From contig OX597830.1 of NCBI GenBank assembly GCA_951406725.2, positions 22,382,001-22,446,000 on the forward strand: DNA of 64,000 nucleotides. Direction: 5' to 3'. Numbering within the stretch: position 1 is the stretch's first letter; the number at the start of each line of letters is the position of its first letter. The DNA is from Octopus vulgaris. Its lineage: Eukaryota. Of the stretch, positions 10,711 to 24,400 are shown one piece after another. The notes under the pieces were generated by a model that was not told where the DNA came from, did no database searches, and worked only from the letters and a program-made list of their open reading frames with translations. The position numbers and the translations under genes were made by a program.

Positions 10711-13700
10711 TGTAGTGGATGCGTGGATGTATTAATAAATACATAAGTTGTTTTGTAATAAATTAGAGATTTATTTTCACTACATCAATTTGTAAGCAAT
10801 GCTACACATTGCTTGTACAAAAATGCATATTAAATAATGCTTGCAAAGAATACATATTAAAGAAATGCATAATACATGATACATATTAAGGAAGAATATG
10901 TTTGATGGTGTGTGTGTGTGTGTGTGTGTGAGTAAATCATGCAGGACAGTCACCTTTATGCATTTTCTCTTGTCGTCTCCTGAAATGCGTGGCGTTAATT
11001 TAGGCGTCAGCTCTGGTTCTCCCCAGATACCGATTTTTCTGTTCTATTTATAAAATCTCAAATAGCCAGAAAAATAGATATATCGCAAGAGAGTTATCGT
11101 TAAAGTAGGTCGCTGGTCGTTCTGTTAAACTTCGCCTGACCTGCTCAGGTCAGAGGTCAAAGGGAGACGATCCATCACTTTTTGTCAGAACAAAGGAATT
11201 CTGATTTGGCGCCTTTTTATGCATTGGTATTTGACGACCAATGATTCTTGGGTTTGATTTCGAATCCAAGCTTAGAGAAGGAAGTGCTGCTGGAAACGCG
11301 GATGATTCCGAGGTCGAGCATGTGCTGGAATTCCCGCTTGACAGCCTGGAGACGATCAGGTGGTAACCTTCTGGGCCTTGCAGCAACAGGTGGACCGCTG
11401 GTTTTGATGTGGTGGGTAACGTCGTGTTTTATTGGCTGGTTATGAAAAACTGGTCACGCGACATCTGGATATTCATTCAGGATGGAACTGTGACGAGTCG
11501 TTGTTGTAAGCATTACAGTTGGGCTGACTGTGTCCATTCGAGCGGCTATACCGCGCACAGTAAGCTTGGTGGTGCTGTCGACAAGTCGTCTGTTCTTTAT
11601 GTCTACCAGGAGACCGAAATGATGCAAGAAATCGGCTCCTAAGATAGGGGTCGGCAGTTTAGCGACGACGAATACCCACTGAAATGTGCGGTGTAGTCCT
11701 AAGTTTAATGTTAGGGACTGTTGACCGTAGGTTGGGATGGGTGAATGGTTGACTGCCTGAAGACAGACTGATGTCTCTTTTCTTTTTCCAGAAGTGTTGG
11801 AGACTGGGATGATGCTGACTTCCGCACCTGTGTCAACCAGGAAACGCGTGCCTGTTACACGATCGCAAACGAAAAACAGGCGACTGTGTGGGTGCGAGCC
11901 AGGAACTTCCGTCGCGTTCAATTCCTGGCTGTGCCGTTTCCCGAACTGGGTGAGGAAAATGAGCACGGTACCATACATTTTTGTGCCCGTGTTCCGAATG
12001 TTCGGTGGTACCAACACATGTCATGTGAGTTGCGGGTAGCACTGGGGCTTCGGGACCGTCTGCCATCTCGTCGAGATCGGCTGGTGCTTCGACGCTGGGG
12101 ACTAAGCTTTAGGGCTTGTATTTGGGCTGTGAGGATTTGTATTTGCGCAGCTTGCTGCGTCATTAATGCACGCAAATCCGAAATCTCGGAAGAACTGGTT
12201 TGTGCACGGAAAGGATTGGTACTGGGAGTGGCTGGCGTCACCATCGATACCGTTGGGTATTTGTGCGGTACTTCGGCTATTTTGTCAGCTAGCTCCGCCA
12301 GTTCTTCAAGGGATGTGTTTTCTCTGGTAGACGCGAGAACAACCTGGGTATTGGAGGGCAGACGCTGGAGAAAAAGTTGCTTGAAAATTTTTTCTGGGAG
12401 CGTCTCATCTCCGAGAAGCTGCTTCATTCTACGAAGAAGCTGGGACGGCGTTTTGTCACCCAATTCTTCCGATATCAGAAGCTGGTGAAGTCTTTTTTGT
12501 TGGGATTCTGAGGTTCTGTTTATTAACGTGGTTTTAAAAACTTCATATGAAACAGAACCGGGTGGTGCCATGATAAGGTCACGTATTACGTTCGTCAGAG
12601 GTTGAAGGGAGACGATCCATCACTTTTTGTCAGAACAAAGGAATTCTGATTTGGCGCCTTTTTATGCATTGGTATTTGCTGACCAATGATTCTTGGGTTT
12701 GATTTCGAATCCAAGCTTAGAGAAGGAAGTGCTGCTGGAAACGCAGATGATTCCGAGGTCGAGCATATTAACGTGGTTTTAAAAACTTCATATGAAACAG
12801 AACCGGGTGGTGCCATGATAAGGTCACGTATTACGTTCGTTATTTCTGGTGACAGAGAACCGATAACATGAGAAAGTCGAGCCGCATCGCTCAATATTCT
12901 GTGAGAGGCAAACTGTGCCTCTATATGGTGAAACCACAATGTCGGGTCGTGGGTCCAGAATGGTGGAATTTTTAAAGAGATCGCCGCTTGGAATGCCATG
13001 TCGATGTTGGCCGCTGGATTTTGTTCCGGGAGATCCATTGTTTTCGTCGGAATTTTCAGTTGCTTCGTTGCTGGTGATGTGCAAACTGTAATTCTTCGAC
13101 GCGGTTGATGAAGCTGGTTCCGGGGAAGGCGCGATTCGTTTTACGGGGTCACCAAATGTAGTGGATGCGTGGATGTATTAATAAATACATAAGTTGTTTT
13201 GTAATAAATTAGAGATTTATTTTCACTACATCAATTTGTAAGCAATGCTACACATTGCTTGTACAAAAATGCATATTAAATAATGCTTGCAAAGAATACA
13301 TATTAAAGAAATGCATAATACATGATACATATTAAGGAAGAATATGTTTGATGGTGTGTGTGTGTGTGTGTGTGAGTAAATCATGCAGGACAGTCACCTT
13401 TATGCATTTTCTCTCGTCGTCTCCTGAAATGCGTGGCGTTAATTTAGGCGTCAGCTCTGGTTCTCCCCAGATACCGATTTTTCCGTTCTATTTATAAAAT
13501 CTCAAATAGCCAGAAAAATAGATATATCGCAAGAGAGTTATCGTTAAAGTAGGTCGCTGGTCGTTCTGTTAAACTTCGCCTGACCTGCTCAGGTCAGAGG
13601 TCGAAGGGAGACGATCCATCACTTTTTGTCAGAACAAAGGAATTCTGATTTGGCGCCTTTTTATGCATTGGTATTTGTCGACCAATGATTCTTGGGTTTG

Positions 13701-13742
13701 ATTTCGAATCCAAGCTTAGAGAAGGAAGTGCTAATTCTTACA
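10711..13742 (-). mobile_element. Ty3/gypsy LTR retrotransposon, internally deleted (gag + protease + RT start only)
   Basis: Near-identical LTRs at 10711-11288 and 13157-13742, 4-bp TSD CAAC (10707-10710, 13743-13746) and PBS TGGTGACCCCG (tRNA-Trp). Gag (KIPPFWTHDPTLWF, ELGDKTPSQLL, CWYHRTFG..A.KC..PC), protease FLVDTGAEVS and ILGADFL, and RT start HHIKT..PPVAARPRRL..DLGIIRVSSS fused to the LTR. Confidence 0.95.
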
Positions 13743-13899
13743 CAACAACTTTTTGTCCAATTTTAAATAAACTTTTTAGAAAACAAGATGAACAACAAAA
13801 TCAAATAATCATTGAGAATTTTATTGATAAGATTCAAGTAAAATACTGTGGAAAAATATATTGAAAAAAAGTCATTTTAAAAAGGTAATAAGATATAAC

Positions 13900-14870
13900 T
13901 AATGATTTATTACGATCACTTAAAATTGATGCAAATTATATGCCACACTCTTCAAAAAATCAATTTTTCTTGAATTTGACGGATCTCCTCGAAGAATTTG
14001 AGTCATTTTACTTGAATAAATCCTTCCTCTTCCTTCAGAGTTTTCATTAATTTCCAAATATTCATATGTGCTCCACTCGCCAAATGCTTTATTGCAGAAT
14101 GAAAACTCCCCACAGCATTATTTGTTTTGGGAAGGTCTGATTAACATTCCATACAGCTATTGGGAATGTAGGTGGTTCTCTCCTTCATATAACACCACAT
14201 CCTCTCACAATGCCTCTGTAAGTCAAGTTGAAGTAAGCGATAAATTCAGCAGGTATTTCTTCATCATCCATTAATTTTTTATAGGCCTCGTCGACATCTT
14301 CAATAGGTAGGAAAGCTAATGCTGAAAAAACATCAAACTTTAAGATGGAAGTCAGAGTCTTTATTGTATTCTTCTTTGAGGCCTAAATCTGTAACTTTTT
14401 GAAATACTGATTGACTCAACTGAAACAAACATGCCACAATAGCTGAATTAGGGAAGAATGAATTAAATGCCTTATGAATGGCAACTTCAAAATCTGCCAT
14501 GAGATCAAGAGGATATGCATAATTTTCAATTGCTCAAAAAATAATTCGTATGTCTGCTTTGTTTTGTTTGGCAGTAATATAAAGACCCATGGAAAATTGC
14601 TACCTTTAACTTGTACATGAATGCTAAGCAGTTGAAACCACTGTTCTGGCATAATTTTGAACATTCCATCACATTCCCAATGACGATATGAGGCTATATC
14701 CTGAAGAGCACTTTCTTATGCAAATACTAATATGTGCTGTTGATCCTCAATACCCAAATCATATCTCAGAAACTGTTTGTCATTACCAAGTTTACAATAT
14801 TCTTCAGGTATTTCAAAACTAGTTCTATCTCCTGGATTAGGGGGAAGTCGAGATGTTTGATGAAGTGACA
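13900..14870 (-). mobile_element. MULE (Mutator-like) transposase remnant
   Basis: FLRYD...ILVFA, WECDGMFK..PEQWFQLLSIH, PWVFILLPNKTKQTY and KTNNAVGSFH...NIWKL. Short ttttgtc subterminal-like repeats at 10672-10710 and 13747-13762 on both sides of the gypsy insertion. Confidence 0.85.
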
Positions 14871-14959
14871 TAGAATAAAAAGACACAGCATCATACCAGC
14901 CACCCCTCACTGGATCCTCCACTTGCACTCTCCAAGACTTGTCGCATCATCACCCCAGT

Positions 14960-15390
14960 TCATCTGGGTCTTGTCCATTATTACAGTGGATTATTACAGG
15001 ATTCTTTCTGTAAACATTCCAATGATTTTTGTTCTTTATATATGTTTGATTTTATATAGTTTGTTGGAATATTTGAATTTATTGATCTTTTTAGACACAT
15101 TATATATTCCCCTGTTTATTGGAAGTTTAAATCCTGTTTTGTTTTTCAGAAGTGATGAAATCTGTGTTGTTTGTTTTGGAAGAATTCTCATAGACTGAGC
15201 TTTCTACAAAATTCCTCAGTATTTTTAGTAAAATCTATTATGTCATGTTTGGGATTTGGTGTGAATTTGAGTGCATATTCCAGAAGTTTTATTTCATTTT
15301 CCATCATGTATCACTGTGACAGGTTGATTACTTTTAGTTCTGCTGGTCCCATATTTTCTGGACTCTTCATATCTATCATTGTTTGGCTTC
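14960..15390 (-). mobile_element. Penelope-like element N-terminal ORF fragment
   Basis: KVINLS...EIKLLEYALKFTPNP...TEEFCRKL.L.EFF, the usual N-terminal PLE ORF motif, with multiple stops. Confidence 0.75.
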
Positions 15391-15725
15391 TGGATTAAAT
15401 GGGCTTCAAAAATTCTAAATACATTTGCTGACAATTCTTTTTGTTTGTTAGTAATGTTTTACATTTTTCATTCGTTCATGGCCTTTTGGTCCTGTGCTAA
15501 GCAAGATATAACTGTACTTTAGTTTTTCTTCTATTTTGTTAATAATAAAGTGCGAATTCATGAAGTTGATCCATTTATTATATGCCTCGCATTTGTTCTT
15601 GTTCAGCTAATGTAAGTGTAACGGTATTATTGATGATGCCATTTTTGTAGCCCAAACTTATATTTGGAGGAAAAGAGAAAGAATTAACTTTTTTTTATCA
15701 TATTGTTATGCCATTCTGGATTTGT

Positions 15726-16668
15726 CTATGCATGCAATGTGATTTCTTTATTCTTTTTCTGCATCTCCAGCAAGGAGCCCTTCCTCTTTCTTTTTTTTAC
15801 CACTTCAAATCCCTCCTCTATTCCTGTTGTCTCCTTCACCTCCTCCTGTACCACATCATTCACTCTCTCCTGCTCCTCCAACTGTTTCATTTGTTGCTCT
15901 TTCTCTTCTCTCTGGGGGCACCCCGCCTTCATGTGGCCTTTCTCGCCACACAAGTAGCTTATGGGAGGTCTACCCTCCACCACCACTCTTAATCTCACAT
16001 CTTCAGGTAGTATAATTTCTTCCGGCATTTTGTTCATATCACTTACAGTTGTCTGAACTGCCATCTCAATCCCGTAACCCCACCAGTTGACTCTTTTTGC
16101 CCTTGTCACTCTCAGCATCTTAGCATCCTCTTTCATATTGTTACAAGACTGCAGCAACCATCCATGTCTCATTCAGCTCTGGTGGTACTTTTCCCACCCT
16201 TATTCTGACAACTTGCTTACCACAGTATGTCGATAGGAGCATCCACTCTTCTGTCTTTATGGCATCAGTGGAATGCTTTATCTCTTCATCCTCGCTTGCG
16301 AATCGCACCTCCACTGTGCCATATCTTCTTCCTCTGGTTATGAACATAGTCGCCTTTTTAATCTCTTTCAGACTCTTCTCTATCTCTTCTATAGTTGCTA
16401 CTTCGATTTTCTTTGTCGCTACCTTCAGTGTTTTATAAATCACTGTTCTTCTCTTCACTCCATTTGTTAACTTGAGCAAGGGCATTAATTTAAGGTTGTG
16501 GCTTTCCTTTTCTACTAGCTTGCCACATTCGTTCAGCTTTTTTTGTTCGATTTTAATTTCTCGAACCTCCAAATCTTCTGCTTCAGTTCCTTTGCCTGTT
16601 GCAGCCACACAACTGTGGCTCTTCACTGGTTCAGTCTCCATTCCACTTCTTTTTGCCGGTTCTCCCAT
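15726..16668 (-). mobile_element. Non-LTR retrotransposon ORF1 remnant (RRM-like + degenerate CCHC knuckle)
   Basis: Overlapping ORFs 16668-16141 and 16172-15726 with GTVEVRF, IRVGKVPPEL and VVVEGRPPISYLCGEKGHMKAGCP, then an acidic/basic tail GFEVVKKRKRK. Confidence 0.65.
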
Positions 16669-18221
16669 AAATGGGAAGAAACAAACACAATTCTACAGAA
16701 AACTTGTTAGAGAAAACAGCAATTTCAATCAAGGAACAAACGTGGTACACCCACGAGGGGAGACCTTTAACAACAAAATATCACACTTCAATGGAATCGT
16801 CAAGATTTCAACCAAAAAAACAACACACTGCCACAAAAATTAATGCCATCTGACTTCAATTATTAAATGCAATGTGACTTGCTCATCTGAACAGTCTGAG
16901 CAATAGCTTGGCTTCAATACTTGGAAGTGTCCAGTGTTGCTTCCATGCAATATTTATGGAGCAAAGGCATCTTTGGTGGAGAGTGTTCCAGAAGTTTGAC
17001 CTGCTACCTGTAAAGCACCCAAGCTTCTGACAAATAAAGGAGAGTAGTGATGACAACTGTCTTTTAGATTTGGGTTTTGGTAGACAGGTAAAGAAAAAAA
17101 ATTGGGTAAGAGAATGGAACTCTGTGGTATTTCATTTAGGAAAATTGCAAAATCTGAAACCTTTGTTTTTGAACACTACTTAGGGCTTTGACAGGTTGTT
17201 TGCTAGCCAACATTTTAATGTTTCTGAAAGTAGTATGGGTTATCATTATTTAAAATTTTTTTTTTAATAAGTGAATAGTATGGAACAATGAAAAGATTAC
17301 TGCCAAGTATTATAAACATTAATGCCAGATTGGATTCAGAATCAGCTGTAGTGTCCACAATTTCCAAAGATGATGTAACTTCTAAACTGATTATTTCAAA
17401 CAAATAATGCCTTCTTTCTATGTTTCCTGTGAATTGCAGAGTACCTGGACAAATTCTAATAAATTTAATACTCTTCAAATTTGCAAACCATATTTATTTA
17501 TTTATTTTTGTTGAAGACTGAAAAAATAAAATTTAAAAACCAAAAAACTACTGACTTAATGAGAAAATGTTATTGTGTTGTCATAAAGTTTATATTTTCC
17601 TTTACGTTTGTTCATTCTTATTTATTTATTGTTACACCCTCCTCATACACTTCAACTGCCTGTCTTCCCTATCCGCTCCTGCAATCCACCCATCAGCATG
17701 TCCACTCTCTTCTCTTGTTTACTGTATCAGCATTTCTGTTCTGCTACTCTGCACTATCAAACATTCCCTATTCCCCACTCATTCCTACATACCACCTTCC
17801 TACTGGTTGGCATTGGGAAGGGCATGTGACTGTAAAAACCTCACCAAGGCAGATGCTGGAGCATGATGCAGTCCTTGAGCCCACTGGAGTCTGTCAAATC
17901 ATTCAGCCTTTACCAGCATAGATCATGGATGTTAAATGATGATGATGAAATAGGCAGAGGTTTGTTTTATTTACCATTTCATTCTTATTACTTTATTGAA
18001 TTATATATTTTTTTTACTTGTTTCAGTCATGTGACTGTGGCCATGCTGGAGCACCGCCTTTAGTCGAGCAAATCGACCCTGGGAAATCTGCTATTCATCT
18101 GCTATTCATCTTAGAAATGGTGTAGGTTGATCTCTTAAACAGAAATCAGTAATAAATTTGGTTTAGATCTATGAAAAAGAAATATTTGCAAAATATAATT
18201 TATTAATTAAAAAAAAAAATT

Positions 18222-18469
18222 TTATTTATAAAATATCAAATATGAATAGAGCGATATGATTCCAGGATTCCTTTGTGGGTTTGGAGTTTTGCCCTGATAC
18301 CAACCAAAATATTTGATAACATTTTGTTTGCTAGTGTCATTTGTGATATCGATGAGCCAGGGATCAACCTGCAAACCATCACACCAACCATCACGTCCAT
18401 ACAGCCAAGTTCCATGTTCATTTGGAACAACACCTATTGGTGCTTTGTTTGCGCAACCGAGTGGAGTTC
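18222..18469 (-). CDS. PNGase F-like gene exon 11 (terminal)
   Basis: GTPLGCA...PNEHGTWLYGRDGWCDG..VDPWLIDIT...YLIFYK then TAA at 18224-18222. Confidence 0.92.
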
Positions 18470-21400
18470 CTGTGAGAGAGAGAAAAAGAGAAACAGAAAG
18501 AAGGTGAGAAATGACATCACTAAGTCAATTTGAGTTAACCATTCAGTATTTAAACTGACCATATCTGGCCCAAATACTCTACCCGCTTTGTGTTCAAACC
18601 AGCTAGATCTTGTCTCTCACACCTACCCTACAATGTCATTCGGAAAATATACAATCACACAATTGAAATCTCAGCTAAAAGATACTGCAGGATTAATTTA
18701 AAACAAAGTGAATAAATAAACATTACATTTGACAGTTAAGGAGAGTAAAGTCACATTCAGTTTTAAGTTTCTTAACTCTTTACTCTCTCTTTTACTCGTT
18801 TCAGTCATTTGACTGCGGCCATGCTGGAGCACCGCATTTAGTCGAGGACTTATTCTTTGTAAGCCTAGTACTTATTCTATTGGTCACTTTTGCCGAACTG
18901 CTAAGTTACGGGGACGTAAACACACCAGCATCGGTTGTCAAGCAATGTTGTGGGGACAAACACAGACACACAAATATATACATAGACATATATACGACGG
19001 GCTTCTTTCAGTTTCCGTCTACCAAATCCACTCACAAGGCTTTGGTCGGCCTGAGGCTATAGCAGAAGTCACTTGCCCAACATGCCACGCAGTGGGACTG
19101 AACCCGAAACCATGTGGTTGGTAAGCAAGCTACTTACCACACAGCCAGTCCTATGCCTAAACAAATTTATTTATATCATAAAAATGGAGGGTGCCATGGG
19201 CCAATATACAGAGCAACTAGACGGTATTTAGTGGTCCATATCCAGTTAGCTGTAATGTGTGACCAGGCCCATTGCCAGACTTTGGTGCTTGGGGGATGCT
19301 TCAGAATATTCTGGGTGGGCACTAATTTGTATTGTGAGAAAATTTTCGTAAACTGTATTTTATAAATCTGAAGTGTACCATTGAATAGTGAGAGAGCAGT
19401 GCTGTCCAGTGCACTTCCTTAGTGGTGGGCATGTTAATCAGACATCCAGAAATGTATTGAGAAGATTTTTGTAAACTGTATTTTCTAAATCTGAAGTTGT
19501 ACCATTGAATGGGGAGGGGGGGCAGTGCCATCCAGTGCACCCCTTAGCAATGAGCATGTGTGTGACTCTGTTTAAGTGTACAGTAGGAAGAAAGAGTGAG
19601 AAAAAGTTGTGGGGAAAGAGTACAGTGATGTTCACCACCACGGCCCCTCCAGAGCCTCGTGGAGCTTAGGTGTTTTTGCTCAATAAACACTCACAATGCC
19701 TGGTCTGGAAATCGAAACTGTATTCTTACGACCGCAAGTCTGCTGCCCTAAACACTGGGCCATTGCGCCTCCACTCCAGCTGTTGTGAGGTTCATTGTGC
19801 AAAAGACAAAGAGGAATAAATGCTGTACCTGGAAACAAGTAAGGGATGGTGACAGGGACAGCATCCAGCCACTGAAAGTACTGCCTTAAGTCTCATCTAA
19901 CTCATGCTACTATGAAAAAACAGATGTGAAAATGATGATGGTGATATGTCTGCATGTATCTTTCAGCAAAAGATGTCGACACATGAAATAAATTGGTGCT
20001 TTTGAACAAAGTTCGTTATTACACGGGTCATCCTTTCTCATACAAGCTATTGTATAATGTCACAAGCCATTGACTGGTCTGTTGAGAGCCTGTAATCAAC
20101 GATGCTATTATTCAGCAAAAATAGGATAAGGTAGAATTAAAGAACTACTTACCTGCGTTATCAAATGTGATGTTGTATACTTTTCCGTTGATGTTAAAGT
20201 GGTGGGATGTCACACAGAACTCTCCACATCCGTTTTCATCACTACCGTGTCCTGTTATCACAGCATATATCATGATCTAAAGAGAAAGGACAGAGAAGAC
20301 TTGCTTAATTAATCTTACACATTGGCACAAAGCTGCGATATTTTTGCAAAAGGAATTCTTTTACTGCTTAGTCACTGAACTGCTGCCAGGCTTGAACCCT
20401 ATCTCCACGGCCTTTACTCAATCATATAGACCCTTGTATTCTATCTGGAACTCGCTTCATTGTTCGCTGAAGATACACCTATATGTACACTAGATATGTC
20501 ATAAGGTTTTGTGTTCCACAGAATTAGTATTTGTTTGCTCCATGTTAATCTATACAAATGTACAAGCATAACTATGTGCTTTAGGAGTTTTCTTTGGAAC
20601 CACATATTTTGGGTTCAGTTCTATAACACTTTCAGGTTGGCCTATGCCCTAAGGATGAAATTTGTTAGATGCAGAATTTCATTATTCATACATATATGTG
20701 TTTGTCTGTGTCTTTGCATTGACACTGCTTGGATAGCAGTGATATTTGTCTATGTCCCCAAAATTGGGAGTTTGCTGTGCAAAGAACAGTAGAATAAAGT
20801 ACATTACTTGAAAAAAAGAGACATTTGGTCCAAGGAAGGGCTGTCTTGTGTAACCCATGTCAATATGAAAAGAGCAGGTGACAAGCTGGCAGAAACATTA
20901 GCACGTGGGGCGAAATGCTTAATGGTATTTACGATCTGCCTTTCATCCTTTCGGGGTCAATAAATTAAATACCAGTTGTGTACTGAGGTCGATCTAATCA
21001 ACTGGTCCTCCCCCAAAATTTTGGGCCTTGTGCCTAAAGTAGAAAAGAATATAAGACGAACAGGTGTAAAAATAATTAAATATTCACAAACACATACACT
21101 CATGCACATACAGACCATTTTCTGTCATCCAATTTTCATTCATAAGGTATTGTTGAATCCAAGGCTAGGGTAGAAGACACTTCCTCAAAGTGCCACACAC
21201 TGGGATCAAATCTAGAAGCAGTGGAATTTGAACTCAGAATCTAAAGAGCCAGAAGAAATGCTACTAAGCAGTTTGATACAGTAATGATTCTGCCAGCTTG
21301 GCTATATTCTTTTCTACTCTAGGCACAAGGCCCGAAACTTTTGGGGAGGGGGTCAGGTGATTAGATCGATCCCAGTATATAACTGGTACTTAATTCATCG

Positions 21401-24400
21401 GCTCCAAAAGAATGAAAGGCAAAGTTGACCTCAACAGAATTTGAACTTGGAATGTAAAGACAGACAAAATACCACTAAGCATTTCACCCGGCATGCTAAT
21501 GATTCTGCCAGCTCGCTGCCTTAAATAATTAACAATAAATTTCAATATTTATTTCTTTATTGCCCGCAGGGGGCTAAACATACAGGGGACAAACAAGGGG
21601 ATTAAGTCGATTACATCAACGCCTATGCATAAATGGTACTTAATTTATTGACCCTGAAAAGATGAAAGGCAAAGTCAGCCTCGGTGGAATTTGAAATCAG
21701 AATGTAACGGCAGATGAAATACCACTAAGCATTTTGCCCAGTGTGCTAACAATTCTGCCAGCTCACCACCCAAGCTATATTAAACACTAAATTATTAACC
21801 ATTTTCTATTTAAACTGGCCATATCTGGCCCAAATATTCTATCTATTTTTTTGTTCAAACTAGCTAGATCAAGTCTCTTACACCTACCTGATGATATCAT
21901 TCTAAAAAAAAATTATCACATCATCAAAGTGCAGTGAAATAATGTATGACAAATTCAAAACAATGTGAATGAATAAGGATTACATTCGACAAAGTAATCT
22001 GAAAGCTAAAGAGTCAATGTAATAAAATTAGAGTATTCTAAAAGTTAGTTAAAAAGCCAGTTGTATGTCATTAGAAATATGCAAATGACAAAGTTAAGAG
22101 ATACTATAAAATATGCTTATCTGGTAAACACTTCTCAGAATAGTGGGTGTTCATTAGACTTGCAAGAGACAAAGCAACCTCAATCATGATGGTGCCATGA
22201 TAAAATGTATACAATACACTCTGTATTATGGTTGACGAATTAAACAGAAACAAATGGCTAAAACAGTTCTTCCCCTTTGTAATTACTTTAGCTTCAGCAA
22301 ATAATCTCATATCAAGTGACTTGTTGGACATGTACAACTCTCAAATATTAACTAGATTAAGCTGTTTAGAATATCGTTCAATGCTATGACATTATAAAAC
22401 ATGAAATAAAGCACCAACCTTGCTATATTTTTGGTCAACTTCAAAGAAATATGGTTTGAAGTGATTGTTGTAATTGTGGTCAAATACTGCACCTGGTAGG
22501 AAAAGTGGCTTAGCTTCTTCTGGATATGAAGAATTTGAACCTGTACAGAAACAAACAAAAATCTTACAATTCTCTATTTGACATTGAGTTGTTACTCACA
22601 TTAGTTAAACTTACGCACAAATACTAACCTTACAATTGTTATTTTCTCCCAAGTGAGCCATGATCAGGTAAACCTATGCTTAACCCCTTGACAACGGTTG
22701 ATGCAAATATGCGATCACACTTTTGCTTGCCTACCCGCGGTTATCGTGAATATACGATGTAGAGCTGCCCTACATCTATCATGGACTTTTTAGCGGCTGA
22801 CGTATGTTTACGTTCGCTATCATGTACTTTATCTCTTGAGGTGCATGAGCTCACCGTCCCATGCATTATCTTAGCTATTTTAGGTTACGTTCAAGTCAAT
22901 AGACTAGCAGTAGACCAATGACATGCGGATACTTTACATGCATAATACTGTGTTTTGAGTTGTACCACACGCAAGCTATTTTCTGAACTTGAGCAGAATA
23001 ACTCGTGCATATCATATTATGATAAATAGCTTCACATAGTTCGTTTTCATAAACCGGTAGATGTAAATGTACGACGCTATGTTATTGTAACGGTGAACAT
23101 AAATAGATGCGAGCTCATTGGCACTTGTGTGTTTGTGTGGTTTCATTAGACAAAAAACCGGAGCAGTGTCTCGCATGCTTTGGGTAATACCGGCGTCAAG
23201 GCGTTAAAAGCATTTGAGTTATGACTATCTTGTCTTTTTACTAAGCATAATACATCCGAGACCATATTATTCTGTATGTCAGTCAAGACACATGGCTAAG
23301 AGGTTAGGGTATTAGGGTATTACAGCTTATGAGTGTGAGTTTGATACCTGGTGGTGTATTGGATTTATTGAGCAAGACACTTTGCTTCATATTGTTCCAG
23401 TCCATTAACCTGGCAAAAACGAGTAGTACCTGTAACTGAAAGGCTCAGCCTTGTCACAGTCTGTGTTACACTGAATCTCCTTGAGAACTACATTAAGGGT
23501 ATGCATGTCTGTGGAGTTCTCAGCCTCTTGTATGTTACTTTCACAAGCAGGCTGTTCCATTGATTGGATTAACTGGAACCCTCATTGCTGTAACTGTTGA
23601 AGTGCCAGTTAATTCTGTATGCCAGTTTTAAGATACTAAGAAGATATTTGAGGGATATTTGGTTGCTATTCTTAGCAAATTGAGCAACTACACAGAGGAC
23701 AACTCTGCTGGTTTTCAATTATTGATAGAAGTAGTTTTAGATGATGAGTTCTGTTACCATGGAATACATTGGGATAAGAAATAGCCACCTTCACATCCTT
23801 GATGAAAGACCAGCTTCTTTGATCCTGACAACAACTGAATTATGACTCCCTTCCAACATTACAAACGTGGTAGAAACAGTCGTAAATAATCCCCACCATC
23901 ATTGTTTGGAATATCTCTCTCACTTCTTTCTCCTTGTCAATACAGTTTACATAAAATTAGATTTTGCGTAAACTTGTTCATATTATTACTCACCAGTTTT
24001 TCCTCACTCAAGGACTTTAACAAAACAAAATTTTTTACATCAGCAAAGTATTACACCTATGGCTTCCATTTGTCTTTTTTCTTGGCATAGAAGTAGGGTT
24101 TAAGTTCAGAACTTAAAATAAACAAACCAACACCAGTTGTCAAGTGGTGTGTGTGTGTGTAGTACAAATACAAGCACAAAGACACACACACATGCACGTT
24201 CGGATTTCCATAGTTTCTATATACCGAATTCACTCGCAAAGCATTGGTCAGTCCAGAATTATAGTAGAAGACACCTGCTCAAGCTGCTGTACAGTGGGAC
24301 TGAACCTGATAAAATACAGGAATGCCTTTGGTCATAATTTTGCTAGATCAGGACTGACCTATGCTCAAAAGAACTATAGCAAAATCTTTAAGCTAACTCT

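Noticed and set aside
11886-12488. 200-aa plus-strand ORF
   Set aside because: Antisense shadow of gag.
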